Under the pieces are notes generated by a model, which did no database searches, was not told the DNA's origin, and worked only from the letters and a program-made list of their open reading frames with translations. A DNA stretch of 64,000 nucleotides from positions 108,292 to 172,291 of the forward strand of contig CAVQKX010000001.1 in the NCBI GenBank assembly GCA_963713195.1, written 5' to 3'. Shown piece after piece: positions 1 through 8,945 of this stretch. The translations under genes and the position numbers were made by a program. Origin of the DNA: an uncultured Alphaproteobacteria bacterium. GTDB lineage: Bacteria; Pseudomonadota; Alphaproteobacteria; Micropepsales; Micropepsaceae. How positions within the stretch are numbered: position 1 is the first letter of the stretch; each line of letters starts with the position of its first letter.

Positions 1-548
1 TCCACGGGCTTGGGCGTGGGCACGATATCCGGCACGGGGCCCGCGCCTTTAAGGCCCATCGCGACGCGGATATTGCAGGAATCGAACGGGCTCGATTCCT
101 GTACCTGCACGCCCGACACGAACATCGTAAGCGTGGGCTTCTGCGGCATCAGCGCGGCGGCGAACACGATCTGGGCGGCGGCGCAATAGCCCTGATTGTC
201 GTGAATGCTGCGCATCGAGGAATCGTTGGCGAGCCGCGTCTTGAACGCGTGATATTCCTTCTCGCCGTTGCGCGCGCCGTAGAAGCGCTTGAACATCTTC
301 ATCAGGTCGCCATCGGAGCGGCGAAGCTCGGTGCCGAAACCTGTCTGGAAAGCGTTGAAATTCTCGATGGCGTGGCAGGTCAGCGCCGCCACCATCAATT
401 GCTGCTGGATGGCGCTTGCCTGGATGGCGGTGACTTCGTTGTCCTTGGCGCAGCGCGGTGCGGCAAAAGCCTGACCGGCATACATCGCCTGGCTTCCCGC
501 AAGCACCCATGCGAGCGCGCGGGCGCCCGTCCTGAACGTCCGTCCCAT
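1..548 (-). CDS. Secreted hypothetical protein, 3' end outside window
   Basis: Own translation from ATG at 548: MGRTFRTGARALAWVLAGSQAMYAGQAFAAPRCAKDNEVTAIQASAIQQQLMVAALTC..., open to the window edge, signal-peptide-like AFA site; absent from the ORF track because it has no stop. Confidence 0.7.
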   Translation of the reverse strand, partial: MGRTFRTGARALAWVLAGSQAMYAGQAFAAPRCAKDNEVTAIQASAIQQQLMVAALTCHAIENFNAFQTGFGTELRRSDGDLMKMFKRFYGARNGEKEYHAFKTRLANDSSMRSIHDNQGYCAAAQIVFAAALMPQKPTLTMFVSGVQVQESSPFDSCNIRVAMGLKGAGPVPDIVPTPKPV

Positions 549-650
549 TCGTCAGCCCGTTATATATGCTACGCCCGACAAGCATAGCATGGGCGGCGGC
601 GACTGCGAGACCCGCCGCTCGCGGAACCTTTGGAACCTTGGGGAATCGAG

Positions 651-1870
651 ATGGGTGCGCTTTCGCATATTCGCGTGCTGGACCTCTCCCGTGTGCTCGC
701 AGGGCCTTGGGCCACGCAGATTCTTGGCGATCTGGGGGCCGAGATCATCAAGATCGAAAAGCCCGGCGAAGGCGACGAGACGCGACATTTCGGCCCGCCC
801 TTCCTGACAGCGCCGGACGGCGCCAAGGCCGACGCGGCCTATTTCCTTTCCGCCAACCGCAACAAGAAATCGGTGGCGATCGATCTTGCCGCACCCCGAA
901 GGTGCGGCATTGGTGAAGCGGCTGGCGCGGCGCGCCCATGTGGTGGTGGAGAATTTCAAGACCGGCAAGCCTTGCGAAATACGGCCTCGATTACCAAAGC
1001 CTCTCGGCCGAAAATCCCGCGCTGATCTATTGCTCGCTCACCGGCTTCGGCCACGATGGTCCGTACAAGGACAAAGCGGGCTACGATTATCTCGTGCAGG
1101 GCATGGCGGGCCTGATGAGCATCACCGGCCAGCCCGACGGCACGCCCGGCGCCGAACCGATGAAGGTGGGAGTGGCGGTCTCCGATCTGCTGACGGGGCT
1201 CTACACCACCATCGCGATCCTCGCCGCCATCGTGCATCAGGGCCAGACAGGCGAGGGCCAGGAAATCGACATGGCGCTGTTCGATTGCCAGGCGGCGGCA
1301 CTTGCGAACCAGGCCTCGAATTATCTCGCGGGCAATATGGTGCCGACGCGGCTGGGCAACGCGCATCCCAACATCGTGCCCTATCAGGTGTTCGCGACGG
1401 CGGATGGTTTCATCATCCTGGCGGTGGCGAACGATGCGCAGTTCCGGCGCTTTGCGAAAGCGGCAGGAGCGGATCATCTGGCGGAGGATGCGCGCTTCAA
1501 GACCAATGCGGATCGCGTGGCCCATCGCGATGCGCTCATCACTCTGATGAAACCGATCTTCGCCGCGCGGACAACGAACGAATGGATCACGCTGCTGGAA
1601 GCGGCCAACGTTCCCTGCGGGCCCATCAACCGGGTGGATCAGGTGTTCGCCGATCCGCAGGCCATCGCGCGCGGCCTCACCATTTCGATGGCGCACGCAA
1701 CCGGCCCGCTCGATCTCGTCGCCAGCCCGCTGAAACTCTCAAAGACACCGCCGGATTATCGCCTGCCGCCGCCGCTTCTGGGCGAACACACCGATGATGT
1801 GTTGCGCAATATGCTGGGGCTGGATGCGGGCGCGCTCGAAGCACTGCGCAAAAAGGGCGTGGTCGCTTAG
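651..1870 (+). CDS. CaiB/BaiF family CoA-transferase (family III)
   Basis: [56 protein letters not shown]; frameshifts near 895-970. Confidence 0.92.
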
Positions 1871-1902
1871 GATCGCCCGCAGCCTTCGCGCATTTCCTTC
1901 CG

Positions 1903-2114
1903 ATGACCTACGAACTCCACTATTGGCCGACGATACAGGGACGTATGCCTATCCCGAACGAACCCGAAAGCTCGAAAAGAAATTGCCGGCGCTGATGCAG
2001 CTGCGCGATCGCGTGGCGGCACGGCCCAATATCGCGATCTACCTGAAATCCGAACGCCGCATCCCGTTTACCCGCGAAGGCATTTTCCGCCATTACCCAG
2101 AGCTGGATGGCTGA
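1903..2114 (+). pseudogene. Glutathione S-transferase with large internal deletion
   Basis: N-terminus MTYELHYWPTIQGR (ATG 1903) joined out of frame at ~1944 to C-terminus YAYP...RVAARPNIAIYLKSERRIPFTREGIFRHYPELDG*. Confidence 0.8.
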
Positions 2115-2209
2115 ACGCCGCCGAAATTAAACATGTCGGCGAACGTGATTTGCGCAACGAAGCGGCAAGGCAGAGCGTTGACGTTATGTTCGTCTAAAGG
2201 CCGCACGCC

Positions 2210-2554
2210 ATGCGCGCGCACCGGGCATTGCCGCTTCTCTTCGCCACCGCCTTCGCCGGCGTTCCCGGCACGGCCCATTGCCAGGCGGATCAGGCGATGG
2301 GCTGGCAGGACCAGCGGTATCTCGCCCTTCAGGCGCCCGGCCGTTCCATGTCCATGCTGCGCCAGCTTGACCGCAACCACGATATCGGCCGCCACGAAAG
2401 CGGCGCCGAAGTCCGGCTGGGCAGCACCGGCGTGACCATCCGCGAGGGCCGTGCCTATCTTTTCCGCGCCCGGAGCGACGATTTTCCCATCGCCCAGTTC
2501 GCGGGCGCCATGGACGGCAAGGGTTTCCACCTCATCATGTCCTGGCCTCCCTGA
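2210..2554 (+). CDS. Small hypothetical protein, possibly secreted
   Basis: 114 aa ORF with hydrophobic N-terminus filling the gap before asd. Confidence 0.5.
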   Translation: MRAHRALPLLFATAFAGVPGTAHCQADQAMGWQDQRYLALQAPGRSMSMLRQLDRNHDIGRHESGAEVRLGSTGVTIREGRAYLFRARSDDFPIAQFAGAMDGKGFHLIMSWPP

Positions 2555-2671
2555 TAGGGGCTCCCCCGAGGGGGCCGCCATGACGGAATGGGGGCCAAAG
2601 CGCACTTTTCTCAAGGGTCCGCATACAGTATGTGTCCGCGCCCCGGCATGGAGCCGGGCTGGAGAAAGATT

Positions 2672-3694
2672 ATGTCGTACAAAGTCGCCGTCGTCGGTGC
2701 GACCGGCAATGTGGGCCGGGAGATGCTGAACGTGCTGGCCGAACGCCAGTTTCCCGCAAGCGAAGTCGTGGCGCTGGCCTCGACGCGCTCCATCGGCACG
2801 GAAGTCTCGTTCGGCGACAAGACGCTGAAGGTCAAGGCGCTCGACTATTACGACTTCACGGGTACCGACATCTGCCTGATGAGCGCGGGCGGCACCATTT
2901 CCAAGGAATGGTCGCCGAAGATCGCGGCCCAGGGCGCCATCGTGATCGACAATTCGAGCGCCTGGCGCATGGACCGCGACGTGCCGCTGGTGGTGCCGGA
3001 AGTGAATGTGGCAGCACTCGACCAGATCAAGAAAGGCATCATCGCCAATCCCAACTGCTCGACCGCGCAACTCGTCGTCGCGCTGAAGCCGCTGCACGAT
3101 GTGGCGACCATCAAGCGCGTGGTGGTTTCGACCTATCAATCGGTTTCGGGCGCGGGCAAGGAAGGGATGGACGAACTGTTCACCCAGACGCGCGCGGTGT
3201 TCGTCGCCGATCCCATCGAACAGGGAAAGTTCACCAAGCAGATCGCATTCAACGTGATCCCGCATATCGACGTGTTCATCGATTCCGGCTTCACGAAGGA
3301 AGAATGGAAGATGATGGTCGAGACGCAGAAGATCCTCGATCAGTCCATCCAGCTTGTGGCGACCTGCGTGCGCGTGCCGGTGTTCGTGGGCCATTCGGAA
3401 AGCGTGAACATCGAATTCGAAAAGCCGCTCACCGCTTCGGACGCGCGCAACATCCTGCGCGAGGCGCCGGGCGTGCTCGTCGTCGACAAGCGCGAGGATG
3501 GCGGCTACGCGACGCCGGTGGAATGCGCGGGCGAAGACGCAACCTTCGTGAGCCGCATCCGCAAGGATCCCACGGTGGAGAACGGGCTTGTGATGTGGAT
3601 CGTCTCGGACAATCTGCGCAAGGGTGCGGCACTGAACGCCGTGCAGATCGCCGAATGCCTGATCAACCGGAAGATGCTTAAAAAGGCTGCTTGA
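2672..3694 (+). CDS. asd: Aspartate-semialdehyde dehydrogenase
   Basis: VAVVGATGNVG, ANPNCST, STYQSVSGAG, DNLRKGAALN. Confidence 0.98.
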   Translation: MSYKVAVVGATGNVGREMLNVLAERQFPASEVVALASTRSIGTEVSFGDKTLKVKALDYYDFTGTDICLMSAGGTISKEWSPKIAAQGAIVIDNSSAWRMDRDVPLVVPEVNVAALDQIKKGIIANPNCSTAQLVVALKPLHDVATIKRVVVSTYQSVSGAGKEGMDELFTQTRAVFVADPIEQGKFTKQIAFNVIPHIDVFIDSGFTKEEWKMMVETQKILDQSIQLVATCVRVPVFVGHSESVNIEFEKPLTASDARNILREAPGVLVVDKREDGGYATPVECAGEDATFVSRIRKDPTVENGLVMWIVSDNLRKGAALNAVQIAECLINRKMLKKAA

Positions 3695-3696
3695 CC

Positions 3697-3720
3697 GGAC
3701 GTACCATATTTGGTACGTCC
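3697..3720. promoter_or_regulatory. Palindromic operator upstream of TA module
   Basis: GGACGTACCA-tatt-TGGTACGTCC perfect 10-bp inverted repeat right after TTGACC (3691-3696), 4 bp before the toxin ATG. Confidence 0.65.
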
Positions 3721-3724
3721 ACGC

Positions 3725-4076
3725 ATGATCGTGCAAAAGCGCCTTATCGCTGTGTTCTATCGGACACCTCGAGGCAGCGAGCCTGTACGAGAATGGCTAT
3801 GGTCGCTGGATGACGACGCTCGAAAACGGATCGGCGAAGATTTGCAGACGATTGAATTCGGCTGGCCCATCGGATTGCCGCTGTGCCGCCCGATGGGCAA
3901 AGGGCTCTATGAACTCAGGTGCGTCCTGAAGGACAGGATCGCCCGCATTTTCTTCCTGCCTTCGGATGACAGAGTAATTGTGCTGCACGCCTTCATCAAG
4001 AAAAGCCAAGCCACGCCAAAATGCGAGATCGATCTGGCCAGAACCCGCTCAACGCGATTGGGAGAAAAATGGATGA
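3725..4076 (+). CDS. RelE/HigB-like (Gp49 family) toxin
   Basis: FYRTPRGSEPVREWL, EFGWPIGLPLCRPMGKGLYELR, VLHAFIKKSQATP; removing one base near 4049 gives ...RQRDWEKNG* with ATGA overlap. Confidence 0.88.
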
Positions 4077-4372
4077 CACGCAAGAAAAATCCCCGCGAAG
4101 GGAGCACGTTCGAAAGTTTCCTTGCCGAGGCAGGCATCCTCGAAGAAACGCACGCACATGCGATGAAGAAGGTCATCGCGTGGCAACTTTCCGAGATCAT
4201 GCGCAAGCAGAAAGTGTCAAAGGCCGTGATGGCCAAGCGCATGAAGACGAGCCGGGCGGCGCTGGACCGGCTGCTAGACCCCGAGAACAATTCGGTGACG
4301 CTGCTGACCATGAATAAGGCGGCGAGCGCGCTCGGCAAGCGGCTTTCGATCAGCCTCGACGACGCGGCATGA
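4073..4372 (+). CDS. XRE/HigA-like HTH antitoxin
   Basis: GSTFESFL...KKVIAWQL...MAKRMKTSRAALDRLLDPENNSVTLLT. Confidence 0.88.
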   Translation: MTRKKNPREGSTFESFLAEAGILEETHAHAMKKVIAWQLSEIMRKQKVSKAVMAKRMKTSRAALDRLLDPENNSVTLLTMNKAASALGKRLSISLDDAA

Positions 4373-4877
4373 CGCCGGAAGCCTTTGCCAAATTGGTCGA
4401 ACGCTTCTCGGCCGCCGCAACCGCGGGCGATGGCGCGGCACTCTCCGAATGCTTCACGCCGGACGGCACCTATTTCGATTACATCTACGGCCCGCACAAA
4501 GGCCGCGCCTCCATCGCGGACATGCTGGAGAATCTGTTTCATCGCGATGCGGCGGAATATGACTGGACGTTTTACGATCCCGTCGTGAACGGCGACATCG
4601 GCTATGCCCATTCGCTTTCGACCTTCGTTTCCAAAGTGCCCGCCTATCAGGGCCGCGAGATCGTGATCGATGGCATGAGCCGCTTCGTGCTGAAGGATGG
4701 GCTGATCGCGCGAATATCATGAGAGCGTGAACGGCGGCGTGGCCCATGCGCAATTGGGGCTTGAGCCTGCAACGCATGGCCAAGGTGATGGCGCGCTGGG
4801 CCGGGTGGTTGCGGGCGCGGCCCGATGTGGAGGCCTATCGGGCCGCGGTTCGCGCCAGATACGCCGCAAAAACCTGA
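4369..4877 (+). CDS. NTF2/SnoaL-like protein
   Basis: CFTPDGTYFDYIYGPHKGRASIADM, GMSRFVLKDGLI; frameshifts near 4710 and 4770, reconstructed stop TGA 4875-4877. Confidence 0.8.
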
Positions 4878-4944
4878 CATTGTGCCGCTTGGCGAAGGCG
4901 CGGCCCGCCCGCTACTCTCCGGCCCGTTTTCAAAGGGGATTTCC

Positions 4945-5809
4945 ATGACCGCCATCCGCCCGCGCCGCAGCGTGCTCTACATGCCGGGATCGAACGCGCG
5001 CGCGCTCGAAAAGGCGCAGACGCTTGCCCGCCGATGCGCTGATCCTCGACCTGGAAGATGCGGTCGCCCCCGATGCGAAGGATGTGGCGCGCCAGCAGGT
5101 GGCCGATGCGGTGAAGGCGCGCGGCTTCGGCAAGCGCGAGATCATCATCCGCATCAACGGACTCGCGACGCCGTGGGGTGAAGACGATCTGAAGGCGGCG
5201 GTGGAAGCCGGACCCGACGCCATTCTGGTGCCGAAGATTTCGCGGCCCGAGGAATTGCACGCGATCGATGCGAAGATCGGCCATGCGAGCAAAGTGCGCG
5301 TCTGGGCGATGGTGGAGACACCGCTTGCGATCCTCAACATCGCAGCCGTCGCGGCTGCCGGCGGCAGGCTTTCCTGCTTTGTGATGGGCACCAACGATCT
5401 CATCAAGGAAGTGCGCGGTTCGCACACGCAGGACCGTTTGAATCTTTCCGCGGCACTGGGCCTTTCGGTACTGGCGGGCCGGGCCAACGGACTTGCCGTG
5501 ATCGACGGCGTTTACAACGACATCCAGAACACGGACGGCTTTGCCGATATCTGCCGGCAGGGCCGCGCCTTCGGCTTTGACGGCAAGACACTGATCCACC
5601 CGAGCCAGGTCGAAACCTGCAACGAAATCTTCGCGCCATCGGCGGCCGAAATCGAGGCCGCGCGCAAGGTGCTGGCCGCATTCGAATTGCCGGAGAACAA
5701 GGGCAAGGGCGCGATCAAGGTGGATGGCCGCATGGTCGAACTGCTCCATGCCGAAATCGCGCGCCAGACGGTGGCCCTTTCCGATGCGATCGCGGAGCTG
5801 GGTTCTTGA
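4945..5809 (+). CDS. CitE/HpcH family CoA ester lyase, (3S)-malyl-CoA thioesterase-like
   Basis: RPRRSVLYMPGSNARALEKA, ILDLEDAVAP, GFDGKTLIHPSQV; frameshift near 5028; adjacent to mch. Confidence 0.9.
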
Positions 5810-5838
5810 GTAAATTGCCTTTCGTAGGAAACCGCCGA

Positions 5839-5944
5839 ATTGTCATCCCGGCCAAGCGATGCGCCAGCATCGCGCCGAGCCGGGACCTATCGTGCGGCGG
5901 CTCCATGGGTCCCGGCTCTCGCTACGCTCGGCCGGGATGACAAT
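5839..5944. repeat. Nested palindromic REP-like element (GTCATCCCGG family)
   Basis: 15-bp perfect IR ATTGTCATCCCGGCC (5839-5853)/GGCCGGGATGACAAT (5930-5944), inner IR GAGCCGGGACC/GGTCCCGGCTC. Confidence 0.9.
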
Positions 5945-5968
5945 GTTTTTTGAACATTGACGGATTGA

Positions 5969-6268
5969 ATGCAGGAACGGACCTATTTCGTCTACATGCT
6001 CGCAAGCAAGCCTTATGGAACACTTTACACTGGCGTGACCAACGATCTGATCCGGCGGGTCTGGGAGCATCGCGAAGGTGTCATTGCGGGATTCACCACG
6101 AAATATGGCATCAAGATGCTTGTCTGGCATGAACGGCACGGCGATATTCGCGAAGCGATTGCGCGCGAGAAGCGATTGAAGCGCTGGCGGCGGGACTGGA
6201 AGATAAGCCTGATCGAAGAGGACAATCCGCGTTGGGTCGATCTCTACCCAGGACTGGTTCGCAGATAG
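5969..6268 (+). CDS. Stand-alone GIY-YIG nuclease
   Basis: YFVYMLASKPYGTLYTGVTNDLIRRVWEH, FTTKYGIKMLVWHE, AIAREKRLKRWRRDWK, NPRWVDLY. Confidence 0.95.
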   Translation: MQERTYFVYMLASKPYGTLYTGVTNDLIRRVWEHREGVIAGFTTKYGIKMLVWHERHGDIREAIAREKRLKRWRRDWKISLIEEDNPRWVDLYPGLVRR

Positions 6269-6307
6269 GTCCCGGATCGGCCCGAAGAGGGCCGTCCGGG
6301 ATGACAA
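6265..6307. repeat. Right half of GTCATCCCGG-family element
   Basis: ATAGGTCCCGG...CCGGGATGACAA, same layout as 5905-5943. Confidence 0.85.
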
Positions 6308-6325
6308 AAGGGGATAGGCGGCAAG

Positions 6326-7378
6326 ATGAAAACGAATTCGGGAAACTTCTTCGAGGATTTCAAGCTCGGCCAGACGCTGCATCATGCAACACCGCGCACG
6401 CTGACCGAAGGCGACCGCGCGCTTTATACTGCGCTCTATGGTTCGCGTTTCGCGCTGCAATCGGGCGATGCGTTCGCCAATCACCTGGGCTTCCACAAGA
6501 GCCCGATCGACGATCTTCTGGTGTTCCATACCGTGTTCGGCAAATCGGTGCCGGATATTTCGCTCAATGCGGTGGCCAATCTGGGTTACGCGGAGGGACG
6601 CTTCCTGAAGCCCGTCTATCCGGGCGAAACGCTGACTGCGGTTTCCGAAGTGATCGGGCTCAAGGAGAATTCCAACAAGCAGACGGGCGTGGTTTATGTC
6701 CGCACGCGCGGGCTCAACGAGAAAGACGAAATGGTGCTCAGCTATGTGCGCTGGGTGATGGTGCGAAAGCGCGATCCGGAAGCCCCCACCGAAACGCTGG
6801 TGCCCAAGCTCGCCGATAGCGTTGCGGCAGGCGATCTGCACGCGGCCCCCCACACCGATTACGCCACGCTGTTCAACACCCAGCTTTCGGGAAGCCACCA
6901 TCGCTGGGACGATTATGAGCCCGGCGAAAAGATCGACCATGTGGACGGCATGACGGTGGAAGAAGCCGAACATATGCTGGCGACGCGGCTCTACCAGAAC
7001 ACCGCGAAGGTGCATTTCAACCAGTTCACCGAAAGCAAGGGCCGCTTCGGCAAGCGGCTGATCTATGGCGGCCATGTGATTTCGCTGGCGCGCGCGCTTT
7101 CGTTCAACGGGCTTGCCAATGCGGTTTCGATTGCCGCGATCAATGCGGGCCGCCATGTGGCGCCGCTGTTTTCGGGCGACACGGTTTTTGCGTGGAGCGA
7201 GGTGCTCGACAGGGCGGAAATCCCGCATCGCCGCGATGTGGGCGCGCTTCGCCTGCGCCTGGTCGCGACCAAGAATCTTCCTTGCGGCGAATTTCCCGAC
7301 AAGGACGACAAGGGCGGTTACGCCGAAAACGTGATCCTCGATTTCGATTACTGGGCGCTTCTGCCGCGCAATCTCTGA
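6326..7378 (+). CDS. mch: Mesaconyl-CoA hydratase (double MaoC hot-dog fold)
   Basis: KTNSGNFFEDFKLGQTLHHATPRT, VFGKSVPDISLNAVANLGY, RLYQNTAKVHFN, LIYGGHVIS. Confidence 0.88.
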   Translation: MKTNSGNFFEDFKLGQTLHHATPRTLTEGDRALYTALYGSRFALQSGDAFANHLGFHKSPIDDLLVFHTVFGKSVPDISLNAVANLGYAEGRFLKPVYPGETLTAVSEVIGLKENSNKQTGVVYVRTRGLNEKDEMVLSYVRWVMVRKRDPEAPTETLVPKLADSVAAGDLHAAPHTDYATLFNTQLSGSHHRWDDYEPGEKIDHVDGMTVEEAEHMLATRLYQNTAKVHFNQFTESKGRFGKRLIYGGHVISLARALSFNGLANAVSIAAINAGRHVAPLFSGDTVFAWSEVLDRAEIPHRRDVGALRLRLVATKNLPCGEFPDKDDKGGYAENVILDFDYWALLPRNL

Positions 7379-8477
7379 TGGCGCTTCTGGAGCGTTACCG
7401 CGCGCTTGTTTCGGCAAAGTCCTTGAAGCCGGACGCCGAACAACTTGCGGCCGCCCAGAAACTCGATGCGCTGGCGCGCGCGCTCAAAACAGGCACCGGC
7501 TGGTCGCTGTTCGGGAAACGCCAGACGCCACGCGGCCTCTATATCTGGGGCGATGTGGGGCGCGGCAAATCCATGCTGATGGATTTGTTTTTCGAAATCG
7601 CGCGCGTGCCCAGCCAAAACGCGGGTGCATTTCAACGCCTTCATGGTTGAGACCCATGCGCGCATCCACGCCGAGCGCCAGAAGGGGGAGAGCGACGATC
7701 CCATCGTGCCGGTGGCGCGCATCATCGCCAATGAAGCCCGGCTTCTTTGCTTCGATGAATTTCAGGTCACCGACATTGCCGATGCGATGATCCTGGGCCG
7801 CCTGTTCGAACATCTGTTTGCGCTGGGCGTGGTGATCGTGGCCACGTCGAACATTCCGCCGGAGAAGCTTTATGAAGGCGGCCTCAACCGCCAGCTTTTC
7901 CTGCCCTTCATCGCGCTGATCCAGCAGAAGCTCGATGTGATCAATCTGGATGGCGCCATCGATTATCGCCTGCAACGCATGGCGGGGATGAAGGTCTATC
8001 TCACGCCGCTGGGGCCCGATGCCGACCGCGCGATGGATGAAGACTGGCGCAAGCTGACCGATGAAGACCGCGGCGAGCAGATGGAACTGACCGTTCTGGG
8101 CCGCAAGCTCGTGGTGCCGCAAGCCGCCCGCGGCGTGGCGCGCTTTTCGTTCGACGATCTGTGCCGCGCGGCCCTTGGCGCTGCAGATTATCTTGCCATC
8201 GCGCATGCCTTTCGCACCGTGCTGATCGACAATATTCCCGTCATGGGGTCGAGAGATGCGCAACGAAGCGCGCCGCTTCGTGCTTCTGATCGACACGCTT
8301 TATGACGAGGGTGTGAAACTCATCTGTTCGGCGGCGGCCCCGCCGGAAAGCCTCTATACCGATGGTGACGGCGCCGAAGCCTTCCGCCGCACCGCCTCGC
8401 GGCTGGCGGAAATGCAGAGCGCGGAATATCTAAGCCACGGACACAAAATCGAAATGCCGACAGCCGATATAGACTGA
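7378..8477 (+). CDS. zapE: Cell division ATPase ZapE (AFG1 family)
   Basis: GLYIWGDVGRGKSMLMDLFF, LLCFDEFQVTDIADAMIL, AFRRTASRLAEMQS; frameshifts near 7615 and 8250. Confidence 0.93.
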
Positions 8478-8923
8478 TGCGCGATCTTTTCGCCATGGCC
8501 GGGTTCATTCTGCTGCTGATGCTGGTCTTCGGCTATCGCGAACGCATCCTCGATGTGCTGCGCCGCTTCGACAGGCGAAATGCCGAACGCCAGATCGAGC
8601 AGATGCAGGAACGCAGCGATCCCACGGCCCATTTCCGCCACACGATGAAACTGGCCGACGAACAGGTGGAAGAGATCGGCGAAATCGAGACGATCGATCC
8701 ACGCACCGCAATGGCTCTGACGCGCTATGTCTTCCAGGGCGAAACATTCGCCACGCGCAGCGAAGCGGAAAAGGCGCGCGCCGAAGCCGTGGGCCAGATC
8801 GCGCGCGGCTTCTATGCCGAATTGCCCAAGGCGCTGGCCGCGCGCGGCAACGGCAAACTGGGGCGCGGAATAACTCCCCACACCCGTCATCCCCGGCTCG
8901 TCCGGGGGATGACGGCATGGTGA
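8477..8923 (+). CDS. Hypothetical membrane-anchored protein (true stop may be TAA at 8871-8873)
   Basis: N-terminal hydrophobic helix, start overlaps zapE stop; last residues run through a repeat. Confidence 0.7.
   Translation: MRDLFAMAGFILLLMLVFGYRERILDVLRRFDRRNAERQIEQMQERSDPTAHFRHTMKLADEQVEEIGEIETIDPRTAMALTRYVFQGETFATRSEAEKARAEAVGQIARGFYAELPKALAARGNGKLGRGITPHTRHPRLVRGMTAW
8884..8915. repeat. Minimal CGTC-type REP hairpin between convergent genes
   Basis: CCGTCATCCCCGG-ctcgt-CCGGGGGATGACGG, same GTCATCCC/GGGATGAC termini as 5839-5944. Confidence 0.8.
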
Positions 8924-8945
8924 TGTTTCTTTCGAAGGAAAAACT

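Noticed and set aside
2093-3736. Long antisense and alternative-frame ORFs (also 5843-7417, 32061-34097, 35364-37241, most of 43603-45693)
   Set aside because: Shadows of real genes caused by stop-codon scarcity in high-GC DNA; no independent motifs
3710-4372. Novel toxin-antitoxin fusion protein (220 aa ORF)
   Set aside because: Removing one base near 4049 restores a toxin stop overlapping the antitoxin ATG (ATGA at 4073-4076); likely an indel artefact, though reads should be checked
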